Origin: an uncultured Rhizobium sp.
GTDB lineage: Bacteria > Pseudomonadota > Alphaproteobacteria > Caulobacterales > Hyphomonadaceae
Length of the DNA stretch: 64,000 nucleotides
Assembly: GCA_964550535.1 (NCBI GenBank)
Contig: CAZJZQ010000001.1
Coordinates: forward strand, 2,099 to 66,098
Direction of reading: 5' to 3'
Part shown: positions 18,861 through 27,493 of the stretch, one piece after another
How positions within the stretch are numbered: position 1 is the first letter of the stretch
Layout of the letters: every line of letters begins with the position of its first letter
Notes under the pieces: model-generated
What the model was told of the DNA's origin: nothing
Database searches by the model: none
The model's input: the letters and a program-made list of their open reading frames with translations, nothing else
Translations under genes and position numbers: made by a program

Positions 18861-20133
18861 CCTGCGACTCTCCGGTTGGGAGAAGCGCTGTCACCGCATC
18901 CAGCGTGGCCTCGAATGGAGCCCGCGCGTCGGCGAAGAAGGCATTGAGCGATGCCGTCTGCGCCGTATCTGTATTCAGTTCGGAAAGCCAGAAATCTGAC
19001 AGCCGGCCGGCCGGCCCAATCACCAGCATCTCCATCTCGCGCAGCTTTTCGAAGGTGTCAGAGAAGTTGAAACCTTCTGGTCCTGTGAAAACGCGTTTGC
19101 CCAATGCCGCTGGCTCGATAGCGTTGTGACCGCCAACTCCCACAGCATGAGCCCCACCGAGATAGATCGCGTCGCTCGCTGCGTACCAGAAAAGCATCTC
19201 TCCCATCGTATCAGCGACAAGAACGTCGTGCTCGCTGTTGGGCGTTGCGCGGTCTTGCGAACGCAGCAAGGTCGTGAACCCCCGTGCCCGTGATTGATCC
19301 GCGATGGCGGAACCGCGATCCGGGTGGCGCGGAGCGATGATGAGCAGCGCGCTTGGCGCGCGCGCGCGAACTTCGGTGAAAGCGTTCAGCGCGATTTCGT
19401 CTTCGCCCGGATGGGTTGATGCGGCGAGCAGGACTGGACGCCCTCCTGCCGCTCTGCGCCACGCCTCGACTTCGCTTGCAGACGGGGGCTCGATGTCGGC
19501 TGCGCGTTTCAGATTGCCAACCACGTTGATCGAGCGGGACAGAATGCTGGAAAGCTCTCCGGCGGTGGCCGCGTCAGCCGAGCCTATGAAAGTGAAGGCG
19601 CCAAATACCTTTCGTGCGGCCCCGCTGCGTTGTCGCCAGCCTTTCAGCGTGCGCGCCGTCATGCGCGCATTCACGAGCGCTGCGTTGATGCCGCGCCGGC
19701 GGAGCGCCAACAACATGTGCGGCCAGATTTCGCCCTCGGCGAAGATCGCTGCATCAGGGCGCCAGTGGTCCAGAAACCGTGTGACCGGACCTGGCGTATC
19801 GACCGGCGCCATCTGATGTATGAGATGCGGGACGCCCGTCGCGGCGATGAGGTTGGCTGACGTCAACGTTTGCGTGGTGATCACAGCAGAAATATCCGGC
19901 CGCCGAGAGCGCAGCGCGGCATACAGATCAATCAGCAGTCTCGACTCGCCGACGCTCGCTGCATGCATCCAGATCAACAATCCATCGGGACGGCGCGCGT
20001 GTGTGAAGCCGAGACGTTCGCCAATGCGGGCGCGGTCTTCCTTGCCGCGTTTCACCCGGCCGGCGAGAATCCGGGGGATGAACGGCTCAGCCGCGCGCAT
20101 GACGACGGAGTAGAGCGCGAGCGACGCCGTCAC
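18853..20133 (-). CDS. waaA: 3-deoxy-D-manno-octulosonic acid (Kdo) transferase
   Basis: RGKEDRARIGERLG...LIWMHAASVGES...GGSF-type C-terminal glycosyltransferase. I propose the start at GTG 20133, a GTGA overlap with the upstream stop, giving 426 aa. The track's 500-aa version adds an Arg-rich leader overlapping the upstream gene. Confidence 0.9.
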   Translation of the reverse strand: MTASLALYSVVMRAAEPFIPRILAGRVKRGKEDRARIGERLGFTHARRPDGLLIWMHAASVGESRLLIDLYAALRSRRPDISAVITTQTLTSANLIAATGVPHLIHQMAPVDTPGPVTRFLDHWRPDAAIFAEGEIWPHMLLALRRRGINAALVNARMTARTLKGWRQRSGAARKVFGAFTFIGSADAATAGELSSILSRSINVVGNLKRAADIEPPSASEVEAWRRAAGGRPVLLAASTHPGEDEIALNAFTEVRARAPSALLIIAPRHPDRGSAIADQSRARGFTTLLRSQDRATPNSEHDVLVADTMGEMLFWYAASDAIYLGGAHAVGVGGHNAIEPAALGKRVFTGPEGFNFSDTFEKLREMEMLVIGPAGRLSDFWLSELNTDTAQTASLNAFFADARAPFEATLDAVTALLPTGESQDA

Positions 20134-20894
20134 GAGGCAGGTGATCCTTGGTCGCCGGGAGTTGAAGCGGGGGGGAGCGTCTTGGCGTCCGGCGGAAGTC
20201 CGGCAAGTTCGTCGGCGCGTTGCGTTGCTGCCTTCAGGCGCTGCTCCACTTCCTGCCGCAACGTTTCGCTGTCCATGGCTTTGGATGTCAGTATCGGCTC
20301 GCCCATGACGACCGCTCCGCGCGCAAACGGGGTCGGAAAGACGAGCCGGTCCCACGTATTCAGCCGCCGGCCCCGCGCCGAAAGGCCATAGACGAAGATA
20401 GGCGCGTTCACCTGCTGCGCCAGCTTGATAGCGCCAATGCCGACCGTTTCGGGAGGGCCGGTGGGGCCGTCAATCGTGACAATCAACCCTGCGCCCTTCA
20501 TCATTATTTCCATGGCCTCGCGGGCAGCCGAGACGCCGCGTTTGCCCTTTTTCTTCCCCTTTTTCGCGGCCGAACCCCGGATAACGTGGACCCCGAGCAG
20601 CCTACCGACGCGCTGTGTAAAGTCCCCGTCACGGGAGGCGGATACCATCAGCGCTAGCGGGTGAGGCGGCGGGCGCCATTTCCGGCCGGCGGTGAGTTCC
20701 ACGAAAGGCATCAACAGAATTCGGGAGTGCCACGTTGCCAGAACGAAAGGTTGCGGACCTTCCCAATAGGCCCGAAGGTGCTCCAGCCCCTCGGTTTTCC
20801 AGCGCAGGGTGGAATTGAGCAACTGCATATAGGCCCAGATTAGCGTTCCGCCGAGCCAGGGAATCGCAGGTGTTCGCGCAATCTGCTTTAGCAT
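20130..20894 (-). CDS. DUF374-domain lysophospholipid-acyltransferase-like protein
   Basis: LATWHSRILLMP...MVSASRDGDF...IRGSAAKKGKKKGKRGVSAAREAM...IDGPTGP. It sits directly upstream of waaA, as is typical in alphaproteobacteria. The start is taken at MLKQIART (20894). Confidence 0.7.
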   Translation of the reverse strand: MLKQIARTPAIPWLGGTLIWAYMQLLNSTLRWKTEGLEHLRAYWEGPQPFVLATWHSRILLMPFVELTAGRKWRPPPHPLALMVSASRDGDFTQRVGRLLGVHVIRGSAAKKGKKKGKRGVSAAREAMEIMMKGAGLIVTIDGPTGPPETVGIGAIKLAQQVNAPIFVYGLSARGRRLNTWDRLVFPTPFARGAVVMGEPILTSKAMDSETLRQEVEQRLKAATQRADELAGLPPDAKTLPPASTPGDQGSPAS

Positions 20895-21040
20895 GAGGCG
20901 CTTATACCCTTTGGCAAGCGGTCCGCCAGCGGACGAAGAGGTGGTTTCGGGTAATGGTCGACAAGGCTTTGCAATCTTCGCCTGACAAGGCATCTAGCCT
21001 TGTAGCCGCCGGCGCCCGCCAGCGGAAAAGCGGTAGAGTA

Positions 21041-21709
21041 ATGGCCGTTCCTATTGACCTCTCAACGACGTCGGGCCGCCGGCGCGCGCACCACGATCTT
21101 GTGTGGCGCGATCATGGATTCCTGCGCACCCGATTCCGGAACCTGCACAGGATTTCGGACGAGATGTGGCGCGCGAATCAGCCCTCGCCCGAGCACATCG
21201 CCGGATATGCCCGCGACCTCGGCGTAAAGACGATCATCAACCTGCGAGGACCGAGCCCGAAAGGCTATTACCTGCTGGAGCGGGAAGCCTGCGAAAAGCA
21301 CGGAATCACGCTGGTCGATTTCCAGGTCTTTTCCCGCGATGCGCCGCTGCCGGAGACTGTGTTGCGGGCGCGCGACCTGTTCGAATCCATCGCCTATCCG
21401 GCCCTGATGCACTGCAAGGCGGGTGCGGACCGGGCGGGCCTGATGTCCACGCTCTACATGCATTTCCGTAGGGGATTGCCGATTTCAGAGGCTCAGAAGC
21501 AGCTGTCCTTCAAATACTTGCACGTGCGGGAAGGGAAAACCGGCCTGCTGGACCATTTTTTCGATACCTACCGGCAGGAAGGCGAGGCCAAAGGGCTGAC
21601 CTTCTCGGACTGGGTCGAACAACACTACGACGCCAAGGAAGTGAAGGACGAATTCCTGCGCACCTGGAAGTCAAAACTGAATATCGACAAGTTGTTGCGC
21701 CGCGAATAG
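21041..21709 (+). CDS. atypical dual-specificity / tyrosine phosphatase-family protein
   Basis: CX5R active-site loop HCKAGADRAG. The start is taken at MAVPIDL (21041) and is uncertain. Confidence 0.7.
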   Translation: MAVPIDLSTTSGRRRAHHDLVWRDHGFLRTRFRNLHRISDEMWRANQPSPEHIAGYARDLGVKTIINLRGPSPKGYYLLEREACEKHGITLVDFQVFSRDAPLPETVLRARDLFESIAYPALMHCKAGADRAGLMSTLYMHFRRGLPISEAQKQLSFKYLHVREGKTGLLDHFFDTYRQEGEAKGLTFSDWVEQHYDAKEVKDEFLRTWKSKLNIDKLLRRE

Positions 21710-21810
21710 CCTGCGTTTTCTTCGCCTTGCGGGGTGGAGCGGAATTTCGATCGCACGGGGATGCGGCTCCAGCCCAATGGGCGGGACCCGGCTGAGTGGA
21801 GGGGTAGTCC

Positions 21811-22101
21811 ATGAAGTTCTTTATTATCAATAGTTTCCGTATGATCGTGTACATCGCGTATTTTGCGATCATCGCGATCCAGACCATCGGTTTCTACATC
21901 AGCCGCGAGCGCTTCAATCTTGAAGTCTTCGAACCGCTGACGGGGGGGCGCCTGAATCCATCGGGCGAGGCCGCGTTCTCGATCATCATCGGTCTGGTCT
22001 CGGGATGGTTCCTTGCGACGCTGATCTGCGGGCTGCTGGTCACGTTGCTGGATATCCGTGACGACATCAACGACCGTCTTCCGGACGGCCGGGCGAAGTA
22101 A
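21811..22101 (+). CDS. small hypothetical membrane protein (2 predicted TM helices)
   Basis: 96 aa. GGAGGGG lies 6 nt before the ATG. Hydrophobic segments are MIVYIAYFAIIAIQTIGFYI and FSIIIGLVSGWFLATLICGLLVTLL. It is followed by its own intrinsic terminator. I recognise no family. Confidence 0.55.
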   Translation: MKFFIINSFRMIVYIAYFAIIAIQTIGFYISRERFNLEVFEPLTGGRLNPSGEAAFSIIIGLVSGWFLATLICGLLVTLLDIRDDINDRLPDGRAK

Positions 22102-22137
22102 CGCCCCACACGTCGCAGGGAATGGTCTAAAGGTTAC

Positions 22138-22172
22138 GGGCGCCGGCGCTTGCCGGCGCCCGTTTCGTTTCC
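22138..22172 (+). terminator. rho-independent terminator
   Basis: GGGCGCCGGC-gctt-GCCGGCGCCC perfect 10-bp GC stem followed by GTTTCGTTTCC, 37 nt after the stop of the small membrane ORF. Confidence 0.55.
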
Positions 22173-22183
22173 GATAAGGCCCT

Positions 22184-23527
22184 ATGTCCGAGTCCCCCGC
22201 GCCCGCCGACCTTTTGCAGTCCCTGATCGCACGGACGGTCCAGCTGGGCGCCGATGCAGCGGACGCGCGCATTTCCGAGAGCGCGTCGTTGTCCGTAGAG
22301 GTTCGGGCGGGCAATCTGGAAACCGTGGAACGGGAAGAATCGCGCGGTCTGGCGCTAAGGGCTCTGATAGGAAAGCGGCAGGCCAGCGTTTCGGCGACGG
22401 ATCTGTCGCCGCGCGCGCTGGATGAGATTTGCGAGCGGGTCGTGGCGATGGCGCGGCTGGCCCCGGAAGATCCGTGGTGCGGCCTGCCGGGTTCGGAAGA
22501 GTTGGCGCACAACTGGCCAGATCTGAAACTCGAATGTGACGAGACGCCGACGGCGGAGGTGCTGGAGCAACGCGCGCTGGAAGGCGAGGCGGCTGCGCTG
22601 GCGGTGCCCGGCGTGAAGCAGACGTCGCATGCAGGGGCGACGTGGGGTGATAGCCGCACATGGGTCGCCGCGTCGAATGGGTTCGCCGCAGCAAAACGGT
22701 CGGGGAGCATCTCCGTCGGGATCGTGGCGATCGCGGAGCGCGATGGCGCGATGGAGCGCGACTACGAATCCTATAGCGAGCGGCGCGGAGCGTTGATGCC
22801 GTCGCCGGCGGAGATTGGCCGTATTGCGGGTGAGCGCACAGCCGCCCGGCTCGGCGCGCGGAAGATAGATAGCTGCAAGGCGCCAGTGATTTTCGAGAAC
22901 CGCTTGGCGAGCCGCATGCTTGGTGCGTTTGTGGGTGCAATTTCCGGCCCCAGCATTGCACGGGGCGTCTCGTTCCTGAAAGACCGGCTGGGTCAGCCTG
23001 TGTTTGCGCCGGGCGTGAACGTGGTCGACGACCCGCTGCGCGTAGGCGGGCACGGTTCACGCCCCTTCGATGGCGAGGGCCGTCCGGTTTCGCAGAAATG
23101 TCTGATCGAGAATGGTGTGCTGACGCAGTGGCTGCTGAATGGACCGTCCGGCCGCCAGCTCGGGCTGGAGCCTAACGGTTTTGCGAGCATGAGTTTTGGC
23201 GATCCGCCGGGCGTGACGACGTCTAATCTGGATATGCTGGCGGGTTCGAGTGATCTGAACGGACTGATGTGCGATGCGGACGGAGGCTTGCTTGTGACCA
23301 GCATGTTCGGGCCTTCGCTGAACCCCAACACGGGTGACTATTCGGTCGGCGTGTCGGGTTTCTGGTTTGAGAATGGCGCTATTGCCTATCCCGTAACCGA
23401 AGTGACGGTTGCGGGCGATCTGCCGTCCATGTTCCTGCGCATGGTTCCCGGCTCCGATCTGGAAATCCGTGGAGCCGTGAATGCACCGAGCCTGCTGATC
23501 GATGGTCTTGCACTTGCCGGCCGTTGA
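22184..23527 (+). CDS. pmbA: TldD/PmbA-family metalloprotease (PmbA/TldE)
   Basis: 447 aa with ...GSRPFDGEG...NPNTGDYSVGVSGFWFENG... Confidence 0.9.
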   Translation: MSESPAPADLLQSLIARTVQLGADAADARISESASLSVEVRAGNLETVEREESRGLALRALIGKRQASVSATDLSPRALDEICERVVAMARLAPEDPWCGLPGSEELAHNWPDLKLECDETPTAEVLEQRALEGEAAALAVPGVKQTSHAGATWGDSRTWVAASNGFAAAKRSGSISVGIVAIAERDGAMERDYESYSERRGALMPSPAEIGRIAGERTAARLGARKIDSCKAPVIFENRLASRMLGAFVGAISGPSIARGVSFLKDRLGQPVFAPGVNVVDDPLRVGGHGSRPFDGEGRPVSQKCLIENGVLTQWLLNGPSGRQLGLEPNGFASMSFGDPPGVTTSNLDMLAGSSDLNGLMCDADGGLLVTSMFGPSLNPNTGDYSVGVSGFWFENGAIAYPVTEVTVAGDLPSMFLRMVPGSDLEIRGAVNAPSLLIDGLALAGR

Positions 23528-24326
23528 TGCGGATCTCACCGATGATCTTGATCTGCTGATCGAGGTGGCGCACGAGGCGGGCGATCTGGCCCTTTACTGG
23601 TTGGAGAAGGGTGCGGCCGCCTGGGACAAGTCGCCGGGCAATCCCGTCACCGAAGCGGATATCGCGGTGAACGATCTGATCGCGTTGCGCCTGGGTCAGG
23701 CGCGCAGCGATTATGGCTGGCTGTCGGAAGAGACGAAGGATGATCCGGCCAATCGCGATCGGGCGCGGACATTCGTTGTGGATCCGATCGACGGTACGCG
23801 CGCATTCGTAAAGGGCGAACCCGGTTTCTGCATTTCCATTGCGCGTCTGGAAGGGGCGAACCCTGCCGTCGGCGTGCTTTACAACCCGCTGACCCGCGAG
23901 ACTTTCGATGCGGCGGCGGGGATGGGGGCGCGGTTGAACGGCGCGCCTATCGGAGCGCCCGCCACCTCCCGATTGTCGGATAGCGCCGTGATCCTGCAGC
24001 CGCATGCGCAAGAGCGGCTGAATATTCGGGCGCACTGGCCGGATGTTCGCTTCATGCCGGCGCCGCCCAACTCCATCGCCTATCGCATCGCCTTGGTCGC
24101 CTGCGGTCGCTGGGACGCCGCTATCGGCATCAACAACACGAATGATTGGGACGTGGCGGCCGCTGCCCTTATCCTCACGGAAGCGGGGGGCGCCATTTCG
24201 GACGGGAAGGGAGGACGTCTGGCGTTCAACCGGCCAGATCCGCGCCATGCGGGGGTGGTGGCTGCTGGCGCGAACCTCCACTCCCTGCTAGTAAATGCAC
24301 TCAGAAATCTGGATCCTGCGGCATGA
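23502..24326 (+). CDS. inositol monophosphatase / 3'(2'),5'-bisphosphate nucleotidase (CysQ-like) family
   Basis: WLSEETKDD, VVDPIDGTRAF, WDVAAAALILTEAGG. ATG 23502 overlaps pmbA by 26 nt, and an internal TTG start is possible. Confidence 0.85.
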   Translation: MVLHLPAVDADLTDDLDLLIEVAHEAGDLALYWLEKGAAAWDKSPGNPVTEADIAVNDLIALRLGQARSDYGWLSEETKDDPANRDRARTFVVDPIDGTRAFVKGEPGFCISIARLEGANPAVGVLYNPLTRETFDAAAGMGARLNGAPIGAPATSRLSDSAVILQPHAQERLNIRAHWPDVRFMPAPPNSIAYRIALVACGRWDAAIGINNTNDWDVAAAALILTEAGGAISDGKGGRLAFNRPDPRHAGVVAAGANLHSLLVNALRNLDPAA

Positions 24327-24580
24327 GCACCCATTCGCCCGAAAGTGGCGGTCAGCTTCTTCACCTGGTCATTGGCGGTGAGTTGAAAGACCTCGGCGGT
24401 GTCGAATTTCGCGACCTCTCCCAGGTGCACATGATTGGCGCCTATCCTGACTATCGTGCGGCGTATGACGCCTGGAAATCGGCGGCGCAGCGCACCGTGG
24501 ACAACGCCCAGATGCGTTATTTCATCCTTCATGCCCACCGCCTGCTTGACCCGGAGACCGGGCGTCATCATGACGCCTGA
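24323..24580 (+). CDS. DUF4170-domain protein
   Basis: 85 aa with LLHLVIGGELKDLGGVEFRDLSQVHMIGAYPDYRAAYDAWKSAAQRTVDNAQMRYFILHAHRLLDP. ATGA overlap with the preceding stop. Confidence 0.65.
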   Translation: MSTHSPESGGQLLHLVIGGELKDLGGVEFRDLSQVHMIGAYPDYRAAYDAWKSAAQRTVDNAQMRYFILHAHRLLDPETGRHHDA

Positions 24581-24626
24581 AGTGAAACTTTCGGGCCGCC
24601 GGTCTTAAAGCGGCGGTGGACCCAGC

Positions 24627-26360
24627 GTGGCGCAACACCAGGAAACACGACGATCAGTTCGATTCCTGCGCGAATGGCTCGTTCCGCAGTGGCGATGGTT
24701 TTTGCTTGGCGCGCTGTTTTCAGCGATAACCGCGGCGGCCGCGTTCGGCTATCCCACCATCACCTCGCAGGCTGTCGAGTGGCTTGAGGTCGCCGACGAG
24801 CGTGTATTTACCGTTGCGCCTATTGTCATCGTCGTTCTGGTGATCGTGCGCGGTCTGTCGCTCTATGGACAGACGCAGGCAAACAATTTCGGCGTGCAGC
24901 GCGCCATGGTGAAGTTGCAGGAAGCGCTGTTCGGCCGGCTGATGGACGGCGATTTCAGCCGCTTACAGGCTTCGGCGTCGGGCGCGTTTGTTTCGCAGTT
25001 TGCCAACGACATGGTGCTGATCCGCGAAGCCAGCCTGCGTGTGGCCACCAATCTCATGAAGTCCGTACTCACGGTGATCGCGTGCATCGGCTACATGCTG
25101 TGGAGCGACTGGCTTCTGACCGTCGTGGTGTTCGTTGTCTATCCGATAGCGTTCTGGCCGGTTCTGCGCATGGGCGCGCGTATCCGCAAGGTGTCGATCC
25201 AATCTCAACAGCAGGCAGGAGAGGTGACGGCTTTCCTCGGTGAAGCGTTCCAGGGCGCGCGGACGATCAAGGCGTTCGGCCTTGAGGATTACGAGAAGGC
25301 GCGTGCGTCGAAGGGCTTTTTGGAGCGTGCGCGACTGTACATGCGCATCTTGCGGTCGAAGGCGTTGGTTGATCCGTTCCTGGAGTTTGTCGGCGGGCTC
25401 GCGATGGCGGGGCTGTTCGCTTTTGCCGGATGGCGGGCGATGAGCGGGCAAACGGCGTTGCCGGACCTGATCGGGTTTATCACGGCTATCGGTGTTGCCT
25501 CGCCGGAGCTTCGTGCGCTGGGCACGCTGAATGCGGTGGTGAACGAGGGCCTCGCGGCGGCTGATCGAACCTATGCCGCGATGGACGCTGAATCCAAGAT
25601 TGTGGACCGCAGCGGCGCCATGGATATGAAGGACGCCAAGGGCCGTATCGAGCTGGACAATGTCGCGTTCGGGTATCCGGGGGCGGGGCCGGCGATCATG
25701 GGGTTGTCGCTCACTGCGGAACCGGGGGAGACCATCGCGCTGGTTGGCCCTTCAGGCGCGGGCAAGTCCACGGTCTTCAACCTGTTGCTGCGGCTTTATG
25801 ATCCTGATGCGGGCGCGGTGCGGCTCGACGGGCATGATGTGCGGGAGCTACAGATCGCTTCGCTGCGGCGGCAGGTGGCGCTGGTGTCGCAGGATGCGTT
25901 CCTGTTCGATGCGACGATCAAGGAGAACATTGCGCTGGGGCGCCGGGATGCAACGGACGATGATATCCGCGCCGCGGCTGCGGCTGCGGCTTGCGATTTC
26001 ATCGAGGGCTTGCCGCGTGGCTGGGACACGCAGGTGGGAGAGGCGGGGCGCAATCTGTCGGGCGGTCAGAGGCAGCGCGTGGCGCTGGCGCGGGCGTTGA
26101 TCTCCCACGCGCCGGTGCTGTTGCTGGACGAGGCGACGAGCGCCCTGGACAGCGACAGCGAGAGCCGGGTGCAGACGGCGTTGGCTTCTCTGGCGGGACG
26201 CAAGACGATCCTGGTGATCGCTCACAGGCTGGCGACGGTGCGGCGGGCGGACCGTATCTTCGTGATCGATCATGGGCGGGTGGTGGAATCGGGAAGCCAC
26301 GAGGACCTGATCGCCCTGGGCGGGGCTTATGCCCGTCTTTCCGCTCAGCAGTTGATCTGA
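24627..26360 (+). CDS. ABC exporter, fused permease/ATPase (MsbA-like lipid/multidrug exporter)
   Basis: 577 aa with a 6-TM N-terminal half, Walker A GPSGAGKST, signature LSGGQRQRVALARAL and Walker B LLLDEATSALD. GTG start at 24627. Confidence 0.9.
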   Translation: MAQHQETRRSVRFLREWLVPQWRWFLLGALFSAITAAAAFGYPTITSQAVEWLEVADERVFTVAPIVIVVLVIVRGLSLYGQTQANNFGVQRAMVKLQEALFGRLMDGDFSRLQASASGAFVSQFANDMVLIREASLRVATNLMKSVLTVIACIGYMLWSDWLLTVVVFVVYPIAFWPVLRMGARIRKVSIQSQQQAGEVTAFLGEAFQGARTIKAFGLEDYEKARASKGFLERARLYMRILRSKALVDPFLEFVGGLAMAGLFAFAGWRAMSGQTALPDLIGFITAIGVASPELRALGTLNAVVNEGLAAADRTYAAMDAESKIVDRSGAMDMKDAKGRIELDNVAFGYPGAGPAIMGLSLTAEPGETIALVGPSGAGKSTVFNLLLRLYDPDAGAVRLDGHDVRELQIASLRRQVALVSQDAFLFDATIKENIALGRRDATDDDIRAAAAAAACDFIEGLPRGWDTQVGEAGRNLSGGQRQRVALARALISHAPVLLLDEATSALDSDSESRVQTALASLAGRKTILVIAHRLATVRRADRIFVIDHGRVVESGSHEDLIALGGAYARLSAQQLI

Positions 26361-26396
26361 GGGCGGGAAGTAGCATGACGTTAAGGTTAGGCTGCT

Positions 26397-26915
26397 ATGT
26401 CTTCGGGCGTCATGGCGGGTGAATCGCGTAAACTGGAAGACGTGTCCGTCCTGCTTTTCGCGGCGGATGGGGCCGTCGGGGCTATGTTGCGCATGGCGCT
26501 GCGTGGCGCGGGATTGCGGACGATCCTGATGGTCTCGTCACCGGAGGAAACGGTCCACGTCATTACTGACAAGGACCCGGACCTGATGCTGGTGCATGTC
26601 GGACTCGACGAAGCGGACAGCGGGCTGCGGATTGTTCGTTTCATCCGCCGCTGGGACGGCAGCCCCAAGCCGCGTATCCCGATTGTCGCCGTGTCTCCGC
26701 GCCGGGACCTGACCAGCGTCAATGCGGTCCTGCAGGCGGGGGTGCATGAGTTCACCCTGTTTCCGGCGTCCACTGAGGAGTTGCAGCGCAAGATGATGGC
26801 GGCCGTCCAGGTGGAACGCGAGTTCATCGTGTCGGAGGCCTATGTTGGCCCCAGCCGGCGCCGGATGACGGATCCCGAATACCGCGGCCCCGCGCGCCGG
26901 GCCGACGAGAACTGA
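26397..26915 (+). CDS. CheY-like pseudo-receiver with Arg-rich C-terminal extension (Cle-like candidate)
   Basis: 172 aa. The receiver topology is recognisable (VSVLLFAADG / DLMLVHVGLD / IVAVSPRRD / EFTLFPAS), but His replaces the acceptor Asp and Phe replaces the conserved Lys. The tail is FIVSEAYVGPSRRRMTDPEYRGPARR. Confidence 0.7.
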   Translation: MSSGVMAGESRKLEDVSVLLFAADGAVGAMLRMALRGAGLRTILMVSSPEETVHVITDKDPDLMLVHVGLDEADSGLRIVRFIRRWDGSPKPRIPIVAVSPRRDLTSVNAVLQAGVHEFTLFPASTEELQRKMMAAVQVEREFIVSEAYVGPSRRRMTDPEYRGPARRADEN

Positions 26916-26980
26916 GTCCTTCACTGTCGCCGGAATTGTGCGTGAGGTAACGTCTGCCCGTAATCACGCGGGAGGCCGCC

Positions 26981-27493
26981 ATGCGGTTGACGGATTCGGG
27001 ATTCGGCGCGGCATTGATGTCGCTGGCCTTCTCGCTGGGCGGATGCGTAACACCCGCGCACGAAACAGCCACCAGAGCGCAAGCCCCGCAGGAAGTGAGC
27101 GACCCGACAGACCTTTTTATTCTGATGGTCGAGGCCGAGCGCTGGGGCGTTCTGCTGGACCGCGCTCAGGAAGGGGTGTGGCAGTCGCCTCGGCTTGATG
27201 ATGTTGTCGATGAAAGCGACATGCTGCGTGCTGACAGGGCGCTGAAAGCTGGCGCCGCGCGTCTGATTATCCTGCGCAACGATATCTGCTCTCGCGGCAT
27301 GCTGGCGGTGGCGGAATGCGATCTTGGTTCATGGCCCGCATGGACCCTGGAACCCCCACGGGCCGACATGTCGCCGTTTGTCATTCAGCAGAGGTCGGAC
27401 TGGCTGTCGCTGACGATGGATCGCTTCGTTGCCCTGGGATGTGAGGCCGGGCGCAAAGAGACCAACGATTATCAGTTCTGTTCGGTCGAGTAG
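26981..27493 (+). CDS. hypothetical lipoprotein
   Basis: Lipobox LAFSLGG-C after a hydrophobic leader (MRLTDSGFGAALMSLAFSLGGC). The mature part has 4 further Cys. I recognise no family. Confidence 0.55.
   Translation: MRLTDSGFGAALMSLAFSLGGCVTPAHETATRAQAPQEVSDPTDLFILMVEAERWGVLLDRAQEGVWQSPRLDDVVDESDMLRADRALKAGAARLIILRNDICSRGMLAVAECDLGSWPAWTLEPPRADMSPFVIQQRSDWLSLTMDRFVALGCEAGRKETNDYQFCSVE

Noticed and set aside
21625-22710. 361-aa minus-strand ORF (and 22182..23060, 22355..23053)
   Set aside because: These overlap the small membrane ORF, its terminator and pmbA in antisense. Their Ser/Arg/Pro/Ala-rich translations are spurious.
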